Shown: positions 30,130 through 42,200, counted from the first letter of the stretch. The stretch is DNA of 64,000 nucleotides from Cyanobacteria bacterium P01_A01_bin.123 (GCA_039815185.1 JBCBZT010000009.1:1-64000), one strand, 5' to 3'. A program made the numbers and translations. Notes: generated from the letters alone by a model not told the origin.

Positions 30130-30448
30130 AAAAATTTAAGGTTTCCGTCCTCGTTTAATTCATCAGGGCGTTTAGCCAGTACGCTAGGGAATGCGGAGTT
30201 ACCGACCTGCAAATAGCAGCGTTTAACTTTATCAAGTTTTAGGGCTCCTCCACACCTAGGGTTAAGTCCCGTTCTAAAGTTTTTGGTTGTTTCGCGATGG
30301 TTTACCCCGCAGTTGTCTTTCACGGGAGTAATTGTATGCCAGGTCCAGCTCGGGATATGGAGTTTTCCTATAAGCAAAACTTCAGGTCTGGACTTGGACA
30401 GGGTTTATTTAGACCTCTCAAGTTTTTTAGATTTTAGGTTAAGCGTGT

Positions 30449-31480
30449 ATGTCTGACCTTCCCTTTACTCTAGATCAGCTCCGTATTCTCAAAGCCATTG
30501 CGGCTGAAGGAAGTTTCAAGCGGGCTGCGGACAGCCTGTATGTTTCACAACCTGCAGTCAGCCTGCAGGTGCAAAACCTTGAACGCCAACTCGATGTTCC
30601 CCTGTTTGATCGGGGGGGACGACGGGCACAGTTGACTGAAGCAGGCCACTTATTGCTCAGCTACGGCGATCGCATTTTGAGCCTTTGCCAAGAAACCTGC
30701 CGTGCCCTAGAAGACTTGCAGAATCTTCAGGGTGGGACGTTGATCGTCGGGGCTAGCCAAACCACTGGAACCTACCTACTTCCCCGGATGATCGGATCGT
30801 TTCGGCAGCGTTATCCCGATGTTGCGGTTCAACTCCACGTCCACTCTACCCGACGCACTTCCTGGAGTGTCGCTAATGGTCAAATTGATTTAGCAATTAT
30901 TGGTGGAGAAGTCCCTCCTGAATTACAAGAATCTCTAGAGATTATTCCCTACGCTGAAGATGAACTTGCACTGGTGATGCCGGTTTTCCATCCCCTAGCC
31001 AACAGCGAGAAAATTCAACGCGATGATCTGTATAAATTGCAATTTATTGCCCTAGATTCCCAATCCACCATTCGCAAAGTGATCGATCAGGTGCTCACCC
31101 GCAGCGGTATCGAAACCCGTCGGTTGCGCATCGAGATGGAACTAAACTCGATTGAGGCGATCAAAAATGCGGTACAGTCGGGGCTTGGGGTGGCGTTTGT
31201 GTCAATTTCTGCCATTGAGAAAGAGTTGCAGATGGGCATGTTGCACCGCACCCAAATTGACGCTGTGATCGTTAACCGGACGCTATCGGTGATTTCCAAC
31301 CCTAACCGTTATCGATCGAAGGCGGCAGAAGCCTTTACCAAGGAAATTTTGCCTCAGTTTACCAAACGTGAGCTCGATCTGAAGCGCGATCATCGCAAGC
31401 AAAATGGCGCATCAAAGACTGCCGCCACAGCTACCAAGATGCTTTCCCTAGAAGCACCCCCAGCAGAGACACCTTCTTAA
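30449..31480 (+). CDS. rbcR: LysR-type regulator RbcR/Ycf30
   Basis: [41 protein letters not shown], typical of the cyanobacterial/plastid Ycf30 group. Confidence 0.88.
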   Translation: MSDLPFTLDQLRILKAIAAEGSFKRAADSLYVSQPAVSLQVQNLERQLDVPLFDRGGRRAQLTEAGHLLLSYGDRILSLCQETCRALEDLQNLQGGTLIVGASQTTGTYLLPRMIGSFRQRYPDVAVQLHVHSTRRTSWSVANGQIDLAIIGGEVPPELQESLEIIPYAEDELALVMPVFHPLANSEKIQRDDLYKLQFIALDSQSTIRKVIDQVLTRSGIETRRLRIEMELNSIEAIKNAVQSGLGVAFVSISAIEKELQMGMLHRTQIDAVIVNRTLSVISNPNRYRSKAAEAFTKEILPQFTKRELDLKRDHRKQNGASKTAATATKMLSLEAPPAETPS

Positions 31481-31553
31481 CTCAATGGAAGAAATTTGGG
31501 TAGACTGAGAGGCAACATCCCAGTTGCCTGGATTGGCAATTTCAACAGCGCCC

Positions 31554-33065
31554 ATGGAGATTTACTGTACTCGTCCCGGTTGTCCAAACCCCCATAATCA
31601 GTTTGCTGATTTGGACAATTCAGCCACTTTGAAGACGGTGCAGCAAAAATTTTGTGTGACCTGCGGCACGCCATTGATTTTGATCGGTCGCTATTTACCA
31701 GAGCGACTATTGGGACAAGGAGGATTTGGGGCAGCTTTTTTAGCCAGCGATCGCTACACGCCCACCATGCGCAAGTGTGTGGTGAAACAGTTTCAGCCCT
31801 CCGGTGATTTAACCCCAGCCCAGATGAAGATTGCCCAAGATTTGTTTGAGCGGGAAGCCCAAGTGCTTGAACAACTGGGCAACAAGCATCCTCAAATTCC
31901 CGACCTATTTGCCTTCTTCCCGTTGATTGTGCCGTCTCTGACGGTGAGTGGACAGCAAGAAGAGTTCTTCTATCTGGTGCAAGAATACATCGACGGTGAA
32001 GATCTCGAACAGGAACTCGCGCGTAAGGGTCCCTTTAGCCAAACCAAAATGATAGAAGTGCTCGTGTCGATGGCCAAGGTGTTGACCTTTGTGCATCAAA
32101 ACAACACGATTCACCGGGATATTAAACCGTCAAACATCATGCGACACCGCAACGGCAAGCTGTTTTTGCTTGATTTCGGTGCAGTCAAGCAGGTAGCCCA
32201 ACAGTCGGGCAAAGCTCCAGGACAATCAACGGGTATCTACTCTATGGGGTTTGCCCCACCAGAGCAGATGAGCGGCGGCACTGTATATCCTTCTACCGAT
32301 TTGTACGCCCTGGCGGTCACCTGCCTTTTGCTGATCACGGGCAAATCTTCGACAGAACTCTTCGACGCCTACAACAACACTTGGAAATGGGAGTCGTACG
32401 CCCAGGTGCATCCCAAGATTGCCGCGATTCTCAATCGCATGTTGCAGTCTACGCCGAACCAGCGCTACGCCTCAGCAGAAGACGTCTTGGCAGCCTTGCA
32501 GCAAGCGGTCAATAAGTCCTCCACTAAGACTCAGCCGTCGAACCCAACTGGATCGTCCACGGCGCTTCAATCGCCCCCAGCCGCAAAAGCTGCTGCCCCC
32601 CAGCCTAACGCCCCCCCTTCAAAACAAGGGGCAAAACAAGGGGCAGCAGCAGGTTCGCCGCCCGCTGCCCGCCCAGCGGCGAAACCCGCCCCAGCCAATC
32701 CTTCATCGCCAACCTTGTTTGCCTCAGTTTCATTGCCAGAATTTCTAGGGGGGGCCGCATTTACGGGGTTTCAGGGGGGGCTGTTGGCGATCGCCCTAGT
32801 CAGCTTCCTCGGTACCACCCTAGTCAGCAGTAGTGCCTGGTTGGTCTTGATGGCGCTGCTGGTGTTCCTACAAGTCCGCCGAGTGATTGAGCGGGTTGAC
32901 TTGGTGATTATTGCCGCTGTTACCCTGGGCATTGTGCTGTTTTTGGGCAGTCAGGGCTTTGGGCTGCAAACGATCCTGACGGTAGCTGTGATGGCAGGAT
33001 TAATTACGGTAGCGATCGCGACATTCTTTCGGTTGTTGTATCAACTGCTGACTAGAATCTTTTAA
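31554..33065 (+). CDS. membrane Ser/Thr protein kinase with N-terminal 4-Cys zinc-ribbon
   Basis: YCTRPGC..FCVTCG, GQGGFG, HRDIKPSN, DFG, APPE; C-terminal TM helices; ATG at 31554. Confidence 0.93.
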   Translation: MEIYCTRPGCPNPHNQFADLDNSATLKTVQQKFCVTCGTPLILIGRYLPERLLGQGGFGAAFLASDRYTPTMRKCVVKQFQPSGDLTPAQMKIAQDLFEREAQVLEQLGNKHPQIPDLFAFFPLIVPSLTVSGQQEEFFYLVQEYIDGEDLEQELARKGPFSQTKMIEVLVSMAKVLTFVHQNNTIHRDIKPSNIMRHRNGKLFLLDFGAVKQVAQQSGKAPGQSTGIYSMGFAPPEQMSGGTVYPSTDLYALAVTCLLLITGKSSTELFDAYNNTWKWESYAQVHPKIAAILNRMLQSTPNQRYASAEDVLAALQQAVNKSSTKTQPSNPTGSSTALQSPPAAKAAAPQPNAPPSKQGAKQGAAAGSPPAARPAAKPAPANPSSPTLFASVSLPEFLGGAAFTGFQGGLLAIALVSFLGTTLVSSSAWLVLMALLVFLQVRRVIERVDLVIIAAVTLGIVLFLGSQGFGLQTILTVAVMAGLITVAIATFFRLLYQLLTRIF

Positions 33066-33175
33066 GGTACGCCCGATGTGAAAGCTTGATTCTTTAGTTT
33101 AGGGAAAAACTCTGAATCTGGATGTAGACGAGATTTAGATAGCATTAGCAGCAGTCATTGCAAAAAGGCTAAGTC

Positions 33176-34249
33176 ATGGCACAAAAGAATGAACTCCCCG
33201 CGCTAGTGGCCGCCCTAGGGGTGACCGTTGCCTTAGTTGCCGGTGGGGTTTGGTGGCTAACCCGTGACGACGGGTTGAATTTAGGCGGCTTGCTGGGTAA
33301 CGATTCATCTGGTGATACGACGGGTACGACAACAACAGGCAACACAACGGCGACGCCTGAAAATACTGGGGAAACCTTTGCCCAGGTCAATGCCACTATC
33401 CCTGCGGGCCAGTTTAACTATGGTGGCAGTACCACTTGGGCACCGATTCGCGGCAGCGTGGATGGGGTGATCCAGTCGGTCTGGCCTAATTTTCAGTTAA
33501 CGTATGCTGATCCGGCTAGTGGGCCGCCAGGATCGGGGGCTGGGATTGAAATGCTGATCAATAACCAACTTGCCTTTGCCCAATCGTCTCGGAGTCTCAA
33601 TCCAGGAGAACGGGAAGCGGCTCAGCAGCAAGGCTTTGAACTCCAAGCGGTGCCAGTGGCTTTAGAAGGCATCGCGATCGCGGTTAACCTTGATTTGCCT
33701 GTTGAAGGGCTGACCCTGGCCCAACTCCGTGATATCTACACCGGACAGATCACCAACTGGAACCAGGTCGGGGGTCCTGATTTACCGATTCAGGCCTACT
33801 CACGGGCGCTTAATGGGGGGACTGTCGAGTTTTTCGTGGATGTGGTGTTGGGGGGGCAAAACCTAGCCAGTTCGGTGCAGTTTATCGACGAAACCACGAC
33901 TGCCCTGCGTCAGATCTCAGAAAATCCGGGGGCAATTTACTATGCCTCGGCTCCAGAAGTGGTCGGTCAATGCACCATCAAACCCCTAGCTCTAGGGCGT
34001 GATGCGAACCAGTTGGTTGCGCCTTATGCTGACCCCTATGTCCCTCCTGAGAACTGCCCCAATCAGCGCAACCAAACCAACACTGAAGCTTTCCGGAGTG
34101 GACAATATCCCCTGACTCGCCAGATGTTTGTGATTGTCAAACAAGATGATCAGGCTAATCAACAGGCTGGGGAAGCCTACAGCAGCTTACTGCTCACCGA
34201 GCAGGGCCAATCCCTGCTGGAACAGGCCGGATTCGTTCGCATTCGCTAA
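33176..34249 (+). CDS. PstS/SphX-family phosphate-binding (PBP-like) protein, membrane anchored
   Basis: YGGSTTWAP, GSGAGIEML, AQSSR, IYTGQITNWNQVGG, YPLTR. Confidence 0.85.
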   Translation: MAQKNELPALVAALGVTVALVAGGVWWLTRDDGLNLGGLLGNDSSGDTTGTTTTGNTTATPENTGETFAQVNATIPAGQFNYGGSTTWAPIRGSVDGVIQSVWPNFQLTYADPASGPPGSGAGIEMLINNQLAFAQSSRSLNPGEREAAQQQGFELQAVPVALEGIAIAVNLDLPVEGLTLAQLRDIYTGQITNWNQVGGPDLPIQAYSRALNGGTVEFFVDVVLGGQNLASSVQFIDETTTALRQISENPGAIYYASAPEVVGQCTIKPLALGRDANQLVAPYADPYVPPENCPNQRNQTNTEAFRSGQYPLTRQMFVIVKQDDQANQQAGEAYSSLLLTEQGQSLLEQAGFVRIR

Positions 34250-34285
34250 ATTTCGCCACCCTACCGATGCTTTGGCATCCTGTCC

Positions 34286-34307
34286 AGACGCGATTAATCG
34301 CGCCTCT
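34286..34307. repeat. REP-like palindrome AGACGCGATTAATCGCGCCTCT
   Basis: Perfect core CGCGATTAATCGCG at 34289-34302 in the intergenic region. Confidence 0.65.
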
Positions 34308-34399
34308 ATCACCCATTGCTGACACAATAGGAAAATTGTTCAACCACATCTGATTTGCAACCGTGACATTGCTCATTGATGGCAAAGCCATGGATCTAG

Positions 34400-36034
34400 A
34401 TGTGGATCAGGTTGACTGGTGCCACCGTGTCTGACTCACCCAAACCCGCCCGTTCCCTAGCGGGTATTGCCGGGATTGTCGCTGCTGCTACCTTGCTCAG
34501 CAAAGTGGTAGGGCTATTGCGTCAGCAAGGGATTGCCGCCGCGTTTTCGGTAGGGCCAGTGGCTGATGCCTACGGTCTGGCCTACGTGATTCCAGGGTTT
34601 CTGCTGGTATTGTTGGGGGGCATCAATGGGCCGTTTCACAGCGCTATCGTCAGCGTCATCGCTAAACGCAAAAAAGAAGACATTGCGCCGCTGATCGAAA
34701 CCCTGAATACCCTCACCGCGATCGCGCTGTTTACCTTAACCGTGGCGCTAATTGTGTTTGCCGACCCAATTATTAGCTTGGTGGGCTATGGGGTAGATCC
34801 GTCGGCAGTCAGCCACGCGATCGCCGTGCGGCAGCTGCAAATTATGGCCCCAATGGCGATTTTTGCCGGACTGATTGGCATTGGCTTTGGCACCCTCAAC
34901 GCCGACGATCAATATTGGTTACCTTCGGTGAGCCCGTTATTTTCGAGCCTGGCAGTGTTGGTAGCGCTAGGTGCCTTAGCGCTCACCCTGGGCAGGGATG
35001 TCACTGCTCCTGAATATGCTCTGCTGGGCGGCTCGGTGCTGGCTTTGGGGACATTGTCGGGAGCGATATTGCAGTGGTTGGTGCAGTTGCCTGCCCTATG
35101 GCGATCGCGTTTGGGGAGTCTGCGGCCCCGGTTTAACTTTCAGGATCCGGGGGTGCGAGATGTCTTGAGGGTTTTGGCCCCGGCGACTTTTGCCTCTGGC
35201 ATGATGCAGATTAATGTCTTCACCGATCTGGTTTTTGCCTCTGCGATTCCCACCACCATTGCTGCCCTCAACTACGCCAATTTACTGGTGCAAACGCCGC
35301 TGGGCATTGTGTCCAACGTCATTTTGGTGCCCTATCTACCGATTTTTGCCCGCCTTGCCGACCCGCAAAACTGGCCCGAACTCAAACAGCGCATTCGCCA
35401 AGCACTGATGCTAACAGCCCTGACGATGCTGCCGTTGAGTGCCTTGATGGTGACCCTAGCGTTACCGATTGTTCGCGTGGTTTATGAGCGGGGAGCTTTT
35501 GACCAATCGGCATCGCAGATTGTGACTTCAGTGCTGATGGCCTATGGCATTGGTATGTTTGTCTACCTGGGTCGAGATGTGATGGTGCGGGTGTTTTATG
35601 CTTTGGGAGATGGCCAAACCCCGTTTCGTATCAGCCTGTTTAACATTGGCCTCAATGCTCTACTCGACTACATCCTGATTAATTTATTTGGGGCGCCGGG
35701 GTTGGTGTTAGCCACCGTTGGGGTCAATGTGGTTTCACTGGCGCTGATGCTGATTTTGTTGAGCCGTAAACTTAACGGCTTACCTTGGCTTGACTGGAGT
35801 CGCCCGATTATTGCTTTGACGCTGAGTAGCGGACTGGCTGGTGTGGTTTGTTGGGTCGCCCGTCATGGGTTAGAACGGGTATTAGGAACGGAAGGGCTTG
35901 GGGTGCAGTTGATTCAGCTAGCGATCGCGGCAGCGTTGGGCCTAGGAACGTTTGCCCTATGCACAATTATGCTGCGAATCCCTGAAGCAACATTGTTGGT
36001 GAATCGATTACGACAGAAGTTTCTGAGACGTTAA
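34400..36034 (+). CDS. murJ: lipid II flippase MurJ (MviN)
   Basis: GGINGPFHSA, YERGAF, RVFYALGD; many TM helices; alternative GTG start at 34427. Confidence 0.93.
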   Translation: MWIRLTGATVSDSPKPARSLAGIAGIVAAATLLSKVVGLLRQQGIAAAFSVGPVADAYGLAYVIPGFLLVLLGGINGPFHSAIVSVIAKRKKEDIAPLIETLNTLTAIALFTLTVALIVFADPIISLVGYGVDPSAVSHAIAVRQLQIMAPMAIFAGLIGIGFGTLNADDQYWLPSVSPLFSSLAVLVALGALALTLGRDVTAPEYALLGGSVLALGTLSGAILQWLVQLPALWRSRLGSLRPRFNFQDPGVRDVLRVLAPATFASGMMQINVFTDLVFASAIPTTIAALNYANLLVQTPLGIVSNVILVPYLPIFARLADPQNWPELKQRIRQALMLTALTMLPLSALMVTLALPIVRVVYERGAFDQSASQIVTSVLMAYGIGMFVYLGRDVMVRVFYALGDGQTPFRISLFNIGLNALLDYILINLFGAPGLVLATVGVNVVSLALMLILLSRKLNGLPWLDWSRPIIALTLSSGLAGVVCWVARHGLERVLGTEGLGVQLIQLAIAAALGLGTFALCTIMLRIPEATLLVNRLRQKFLRR

Positions 36035-36042
36035 ACCAGTCA

Positions 36043-37293
36043 TTACCTCGTGACGGGACGGCCCGTGACCATAACTTGAACAGTTTCCCCAGCGGAAATT
36101 TTTCGGGTGCCGATAGGCACAACGGCGAGGGCGTTGGTCGTACCCAGGTTGACTAGGTTGCCGGAGCTGTGCCCCCCGCCGGCGATCGCAAACTCATACC
36201 CCACGGCTGTGAGATGCAGTTGTCCCCATAGATAGGTTTCTCGGCGTCCCCCAGATTTGAGGTCGTGGCGCGATCGCGCACGGACAAACACGGGAGACCA
36301 ACCGTGGCCCAAACCCGATCGTTTGCGTAGCGCAGGTTCAACAAAGCGCCAAAAGCTTACTAAAGCTGAAACCGGGTTGCCGGGGAGTCCAAAATAGAGC
36401 ACAGGGGCAGCTTGAGGGACAGTGGCTACCGTTAAGGGCTTGCCCGGTTTTACCGCCACGGCCCGGATGTGCAGGGTTGCCTGTAATTCGTTGAGGATGC
36501 GATCAACATAGTCATAGTCACCCACGGAAACTCCACCTGAAGAGAGGACGACGTCAGCTTGAGCAACTGCCGCCGCAATTTTGGCTTTCAATATTGTGGG
36601 ATCATCCGGCACTATCCCTAAACTAATTGGCGTTGCCCCTGCCTGGGTTACCAAGGCCGCCAGGGCATATTGATTCGAGTCGACAATTTGCCCCGGTGCT
36701 AAGGGTTGGTTGGGTTCCACTAGCTCGTCCCCGGTAGAGAGAATCGCCACCCTCAGCCGTCGATATACCTTGACTTGGGGACATTGAGCCGCAGCTAAAA
36801 TCGCAATTTCTGGGCCGTTCAAAACCGTGCCTAGGCGCAGCAGCGGTTCGCCTGCCTGGTAGTAACTGGCCTTGTGCCGGACGAAGGCTTGGTCATCTGG
36901 CTGGCTCAAAATCTTGACCTGATCGCCCTGACGCTCAGTATTTTCTTGAATCACGATGGTATCAGCTCCAGAGGGCACCATCGAACCTGTCAGGATGCGA
37001 GCTGCCTGCCCAGACTGGAGAGATCTTTGGGGGCGCTTACCTGCCGGGATATCTTCGACCACTTTAAGCCACACAGGTGCCTCACTCGAAGCTCCTTGCA
37101 CATCGCTAAAGCGCACGGCATAGCCGTCCATGGCAGAGTTATCCCAGTGGGGAAAGTCTAAATCGCTAGTCACATCGGCCGCTAAAATACGTCCTAATGC
37201 TTGGGAAAGCTCAACCGATTCACAGTCCTGGATAGGGTTTAGGGGGTGAACCAAGTTCAAAATCAAGGACTCGGCATCTAAAGCAGGCAGCAT
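36043..37293 (-). CDS. moeA: molybdopterin molybdenumtransferase
   Basis: SAMDGYA, STGDEL, SSGGVSVGDYD, KPGKP, GLPGNP. Confidence 0.96.
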   Translation of the reverse strand: MLPALDAESLILNLVHPLNPIQDCESVELSQALGRILAADVTSDLDFPHWDNSAMDGYAVRFSDVQGASSEAPVWLKVVEDIPAGKRPQRSLQSGQAARILTGSMVPSGADTIVIQENTERQGDQVKILSQPDDQAFVRHKASYYQAGEPLLRLGTVLNGPEIAILAAAQCPQVKVYRRLRVAILSTGDELVEPNQPLAPGQIVDSNQYALAALVTQAGATPISLGIVPDDPTILKAKIAAAVAQADVVLSSGGVSVGDYDYVDRILNELQATLHIRAVAVKPGKPLTVATVPQAAPVLYFGLPGNPVSALVSFWRFVEPALRKRSGLGHGWSPVFVRARSRHDLKSGGRRETYLWGQLHLTAVGYEFAIAGGGHSSGNLVNLGTTNALAVVPIGTRKISAGETVQVMVTGRPVTR

Positions 37294-37404
37294 CGGCAAT
37301 TCAGGGGTTAACGTTATCCTTAGTAATCATAATGACTTGATGTGGACGAGGTGCTAGTACTGTCCCCCTATATTGTTCATGAAACTGCTAGTTGGGAAAT
37401 TAAG

Positions 37405-38775
37405 ATGCAGAGTTTAGCCGCACCGACTCATGCCCATGCTTTAGCCGCGACGCTTAAAAATCGCCGCGATCGCTTGTCTCAACGCATTGATTTCCCCGTG
37501 GTGTTGTGGTCTGGGCAGCCCCATCCGCGCAATTTTCCGGCTAATGTTTATCCCTTCCGAGCCAATAGCCATTTTTTGTATTTTGCCGGATTGCCCTTGG
37601 TAAACGCGGCAATTCACCTGGCGAAAGGCAAGCTGACTCTATTTATCGATGAAGCCACCCCTGCTGAAGCCCTGTGGCATGGCCCTACCCCTTCACGCCA
37701 AGACCTGGCCGAAACGATGGGGGCCGATAATGCTTTGCCCTTAGGTGATTTGTCCCGTTACCTCGGGGAGGCTGTTACGTTAGCGGGACAAAATTCAATT
37801 CGGGGGGTAGCCTCAGCAAATCAGGCTGAGCCAGACCATCAGCGGACTTTGGCCGAAGCGATGATTCAATTGCGATTGAGTCACGATACCAGCGCGATCG
37901 CAGCCATTCGCCAAGCGGCAACGGTTAGCGTTGCGGCTCACAAAGCGGGTTTGGCCGCTACCGCCAGCGCCCTCACGGAAGCCCAGGTTAGGGCAGCGAT
38001 GGAGCAGGTAATTTTGGCGGCAAATATGACCTGTGCCTACAACAGCATTGTTACCGTTTGTGGTGAAGTCCTACACAATGAGCACTACCACCACACCCTT
38101 CACCCCGGTGATTTATTGCTGGCCGATGTGGGCGCTGAAGCGCCCTCTGGTTGGGCCTCAGACATTACCCGCACGTGGCCGATTACGGGGCAATTCTCAG
38201 CCACCCAACGGGCTATTTACGATGTGGTGCTCGCTGCCCACGATGCTTGCATTGTCCACGCAAATCCTGGCGTAGAATATCGTGACCTACACCTGCTGGC
38301 CTGTCGGGTATTGACTGAGGGGCTGGTGGATATTGGAATTCTCAAGGGTTCCCCAGATAGTTTGGTAGAGCAGGATGCCCATGCCCTGTTTTTCCCCCAC
38401 GGTGTCGGTCACCTCTTGGGCTTAGACGTGCATGACATGGAAGATTTAGGCGATCTTGCTGGCTATGCCCCAGGCCGAACTCGCAGCGATCGCTTCGGGC
38501 TCGCCTATCTACGGCTTGATCGCCCCTTGCAAATGGGTATGGTGGTCACCATCGAACCCGGCTTCTATCAGGTGCCTGGTATTTTGCAAAATGCTCAAAC
38601 GCAAGCCACTTACCAATCAATGGTGAACTGGGAGCGGCTGACCCAATTTGATGATGTCCGTGGCATCCGCATTGAGGATGACGTGCTGATTACTGCCTCC
38701 AGTTGTGAAGTGATAACCGCAGATTTACCAACCCAGGCTTCAGAAATTGAGACATTGGTTATCCATTCCGCTTAA
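37405..38775 (+). CDS. pepP: Xaa-Pro aminopeptidase (M24B)
   Basis: SDITRTWP, HGVGHLLGLDVHD, TIEPGFY, GIRIEDD; ATG at 37405 preferred. Confidence 0.9.
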   Translation: MQSLAAPTHAHALAATLKNRRDRLSQRIDFPVVLWSGQPHPRNFPANVYPFRANSHFLYFAGLPLVNAAIHLAKGKLTLFIDEATPAEALWHGPTPSRQDLAETMGADNALPLGDLSRYLGEAVTLAGQNSIRGVASANQAEPDHQRTLAEAMIQLRLSHDTSAIAAIRQAATVSVAAHKAGLAATASALTEAQVRAAMEQVILAANMTCAYNSIVTVCGEVLHNEHYHHTLHPGDLLLADVGAEAPSGWASDITRTWPITGQFSATQRAIYDVVLAAHDACIVHANPGVEYRDLHLLACRVLTEGLVDIGILKGSPDSLVEQDAHALFFPHGVGHLLGLDVHDMEDLGDLAGYAPGRTRSDRFGLAYLRLDRPLQMGMVVTIEPGFYQVPGILQNAQTQATYQSMVNWERLTQFDDVRGIRIEDDVLITASSCEVITADLPTQASEIETLVIHSA

Positions 38776-39288
38776 ATTGGCTTGCAAGCAAGTTTATTCT
38801 GAACAGGAATAGACTCAATGACGATATAAGCTACAGCTAAATAAGTAATATGCTCAATACTTTCAGGGTAAATACTGATAGTTTAGGCAGAATACTTAGG
38901 ATCTACTTAATTCTTTTTAAGGGTTGCATTTTCCACTTTTTCTCAGGTTGTGAGAGTTCTCTTTAAGGCCCCGAAAAATAGCCGGGCTACAGGTTCTACC
39001 CTACAATCAACTTTGCTGCAAACTTGATAAGAGCGGCCTTGATAAGCAAGCAGTGCAGATCCATTCTGTACTTAGCGTTTTCCTTAGCAACCGTGCCGTA
39101 GCCAACTTTCATGAACTCAGTTTGTTGTATGATCCTTGGGTTCCCTGGGAAAAATAGATTAGAGGTATTAGACCTTTTGCATAAATCGAAAACCACAACG
39201 TAACCACAAGGGTTTCAGCCTTCAGATTGGGGTTTGTGCAAGGAGTCTATTGATCTCAAGCCAACTCAATTAAATAGACTGGGGTATT

Positions 39289-42200
39289 ATGGCAAGTCGC
39301 GTTGAAACGAGTATCAGCGTTCAGGGATATACACTGCACAATCAGCTTTATTCTGGTAGCCGAACGGTTGTATATCGCGGCATTCGTGATAGCGATGGCC
39401 AAGCTGTTGCGATTAAGTTGCTTAAACAAGAGCACCCTACCCCCGTAGAGATTACTCAGTTTCGCAACCAGTATGCGATCGCCCAAAAGCTCAACATCCC
39501 TGGCATTGTCAAACCCTACAGCCTAGAGTATTGGCAAAACCGATATGCCTTCGTCATGGAGGACTATGGTGGTGTGGCGCTGTCTCAATATCTGCACCAA
39601 TTGGTGGATAGTACTCACGCAGCGCCAACCCAAACTTTTGAGTCTCCCACACAGGCTGAGCCTCTCAACCTGTTGCATCAAGTCGAAAAACCACCCCTTG
39701 ACTTGGCTGATTTCTTTACAGTTGCGATCCAGATCGCCACGATTTTGGATGGGCTATATCGACACCAGGTGCTGCATAAAGATATTAAGCCCGCCAATAT
39801 TCTGATCCACCCTGAAACTAAACAGGTCAAGCTGATCGACTTTAGCATTGCCTCTCTGCTGCCACGGGAAACCCAAGATGCCCAAAGCCTGACTCTATTA
39901 GAAGGCACGCTTAGCTACATGTCCCCAGAGCAAACAGGGCGGATGAATCGGGGCATTGACTACCGCACCGATTTTTATTCCTTAGGCATTACCTTCTATG
40001 AGCTGCTGACGGGGCAACTGCCATTCCAAAAGGACGATCCGCTCGATTTGATCTACTGCCACATCGCTAACCAGGCTGTTCCTGTCCACCAGGTCAACGC
40101 TGACGTTCCTGGGATGCTCTCGCACTTGGTGGCCAAACTGATGGCGAAAAATGCAGAAGACCGCTATCAAAGTGCCCTGGGGCTAAGGCACGATTTGCAA
40201 CGCTGCCAGGATCAGTGGCTGGCCACTGGTACCGTTGAAACCTTCGAGCTGGGGCAGCGAGACGTTTGCGATCGCTTTTCGATTCCAGAAAAACTCTATG
40301 GTCGCGGTGCAGAAGTAGCGGCATTGCTAGCGGCATTTGAGCGCGTCGCTGGCAGCCCAAGCGTGGCAGCAGGGGGGCAGCGGAGCAATGCTCGAAGCGA
40401 ACTACTCTTGATCGCAGGCTACTCCGGGGTGGGCAAAACAGCCGTAGTCAATGAAGTTCATAAGCCAATCCTGCGACGGCAGGGTTACTTTACCCAGGGT
40501 AAGTTCGACCAGTTTCAGCGAAATGTGCCACTGTCAGCATTAATCCAAGCGTTACGGGGCTTGATGGGGCAACTGCTCGCCGAGAACCAAGCCAATGTTA
40601 ATACTTGGCGCGATCGCATCTTGGCGGCTGTGGGCGACCAAGGCCAAATTATTGTTGACGTGATTCCAGAAGTGGAATGGCTGATTGGCGAGCAGCCCGC
40701 TGTTGAACCCTTAGACCCTGGTGCCAGCCAAAACCGATTTAATCGCGTCTTGCAAAAATTCATCCAGGTTTTCCCCAGTGCCGATCATCCTCTGGTGTTA
40801 TTCATAGACGATTTGCAGTGGGCCGATACCGCCTCCTTAAACTTACTTCAGGGGCTTTTAGGGCAGACAGAATCTCTACATTTATTGGTGATTGGAGCCT
40901 ACCGTGACAATGAAGTTAGTCCGACTCATCCGCTGAATCTGACGCTAGATGAAATTCGCCAGAGTGGGACAAAAGTCAACACGATTGCGCTGTTGCCATT
41001 GGAGCATAACGATCTCAACTGTCTGGTAGCCGATACGCTTAACTGTGCAGCAGCGGATGCACTTTCGCTGACCCAGTTGATTTTGGCCAAGACCCAAGGC
41101 AATCCTTTTTTTACGACCCAGTTCCTCAAGACACTGCACCAGAGTGAGCAAATTTGGTTTGATTTCGACAACCGGTGTTGGCGTTGGGATCTCGATCAAA
41201 TTAAAGCGCTATCACTAAGCGAAGACGTGGTGGAATTTGTAGTGGCTCAGTTACAGCATCTGTCTGTCTCTACCCAGGAGGTGTTGACTCTGGCCGCCTG
41301 CATTGGCAATGAATTTGATTTGAAGACACTCTCAACAGTCTCTGAACGGTCGGCAGAGATGTTAGAAGCTGAACTGTGGGAACCCCTGCAAAATGGGTTG
41401 TTGCTTATGGGGAGTCGTTCTGCCCCGAAGGAACTTCAGCCTAAACCATCAGCATCTGCCCCCTTTGAGGCTATGGGATTTGCGTCTGCCCCCATTGGTA
41501 CAGGACAAAGCACCTATTCTCAAGGAATGGTCTACAAGTTTTTACACGACCGAGTACAGCAGGCAGCTTATGTTCTAATTCCGGTAGATCAAAAACAGGC
41601 ACTCCATCTCAAAATTGGCCGTTTGCTACTGCAAAAAACACCTGCCGAACAACGGGAATCACATTTGTTTGAAATCGTCAGCCATCTCAATCAAGGGGTA
41701 AAGCTGATTAGCGATCGCGATGAGCAAGTCTCCGTCGCGCGAATGAACTTGGCAGCAGGGCAACAGGCAAAATTGTCAGGTGCCTATGGGGCTGCTTTTG
41801 ATTACCTGCACAGGGGAATTGAGCTAATCGGGCAAAATCACTGGCAAGCTGAACTGGATCTGATGGTGGCACTCTATGAGGCGATCGCAGAAGTTGCCTA
41901 TCTCCAGGGCAAGTTTGAAGCCATGGAAAAGTATGCTGATCAGGTCTTGACCCATACCCAAGATTTGCTGAGTCAAGTCAAAATTTACGAAATTAAAATT
42001 GTCGCTTATCAAGCCCAGGGGCGTAGTCAAGCTGCGATTACTACCGGCTTGCAAGTGCTCAAAGCGTTTGGATTGAACTTCCCAGAAAACCCAAACAAGG
42101 GTCAGGTGATGCTAGCACTAGCCAGGACTAAACTGGCCCAGCTCAATATCACGATCGAAGACTTGGCCGAGTTGCCAGTCATGACTGACCCAAGTCAGCT

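Noticed and set aside
38960..38995. c-di-GMP-I riboswitch-like ending (ATAGCCGGGCTAC) upstream of the hybrid kinase
   Set aside because: Upstream GGCAAAC/GAAA/GACGCAAAG core not found; an Rfam/Infernal scan would settle it
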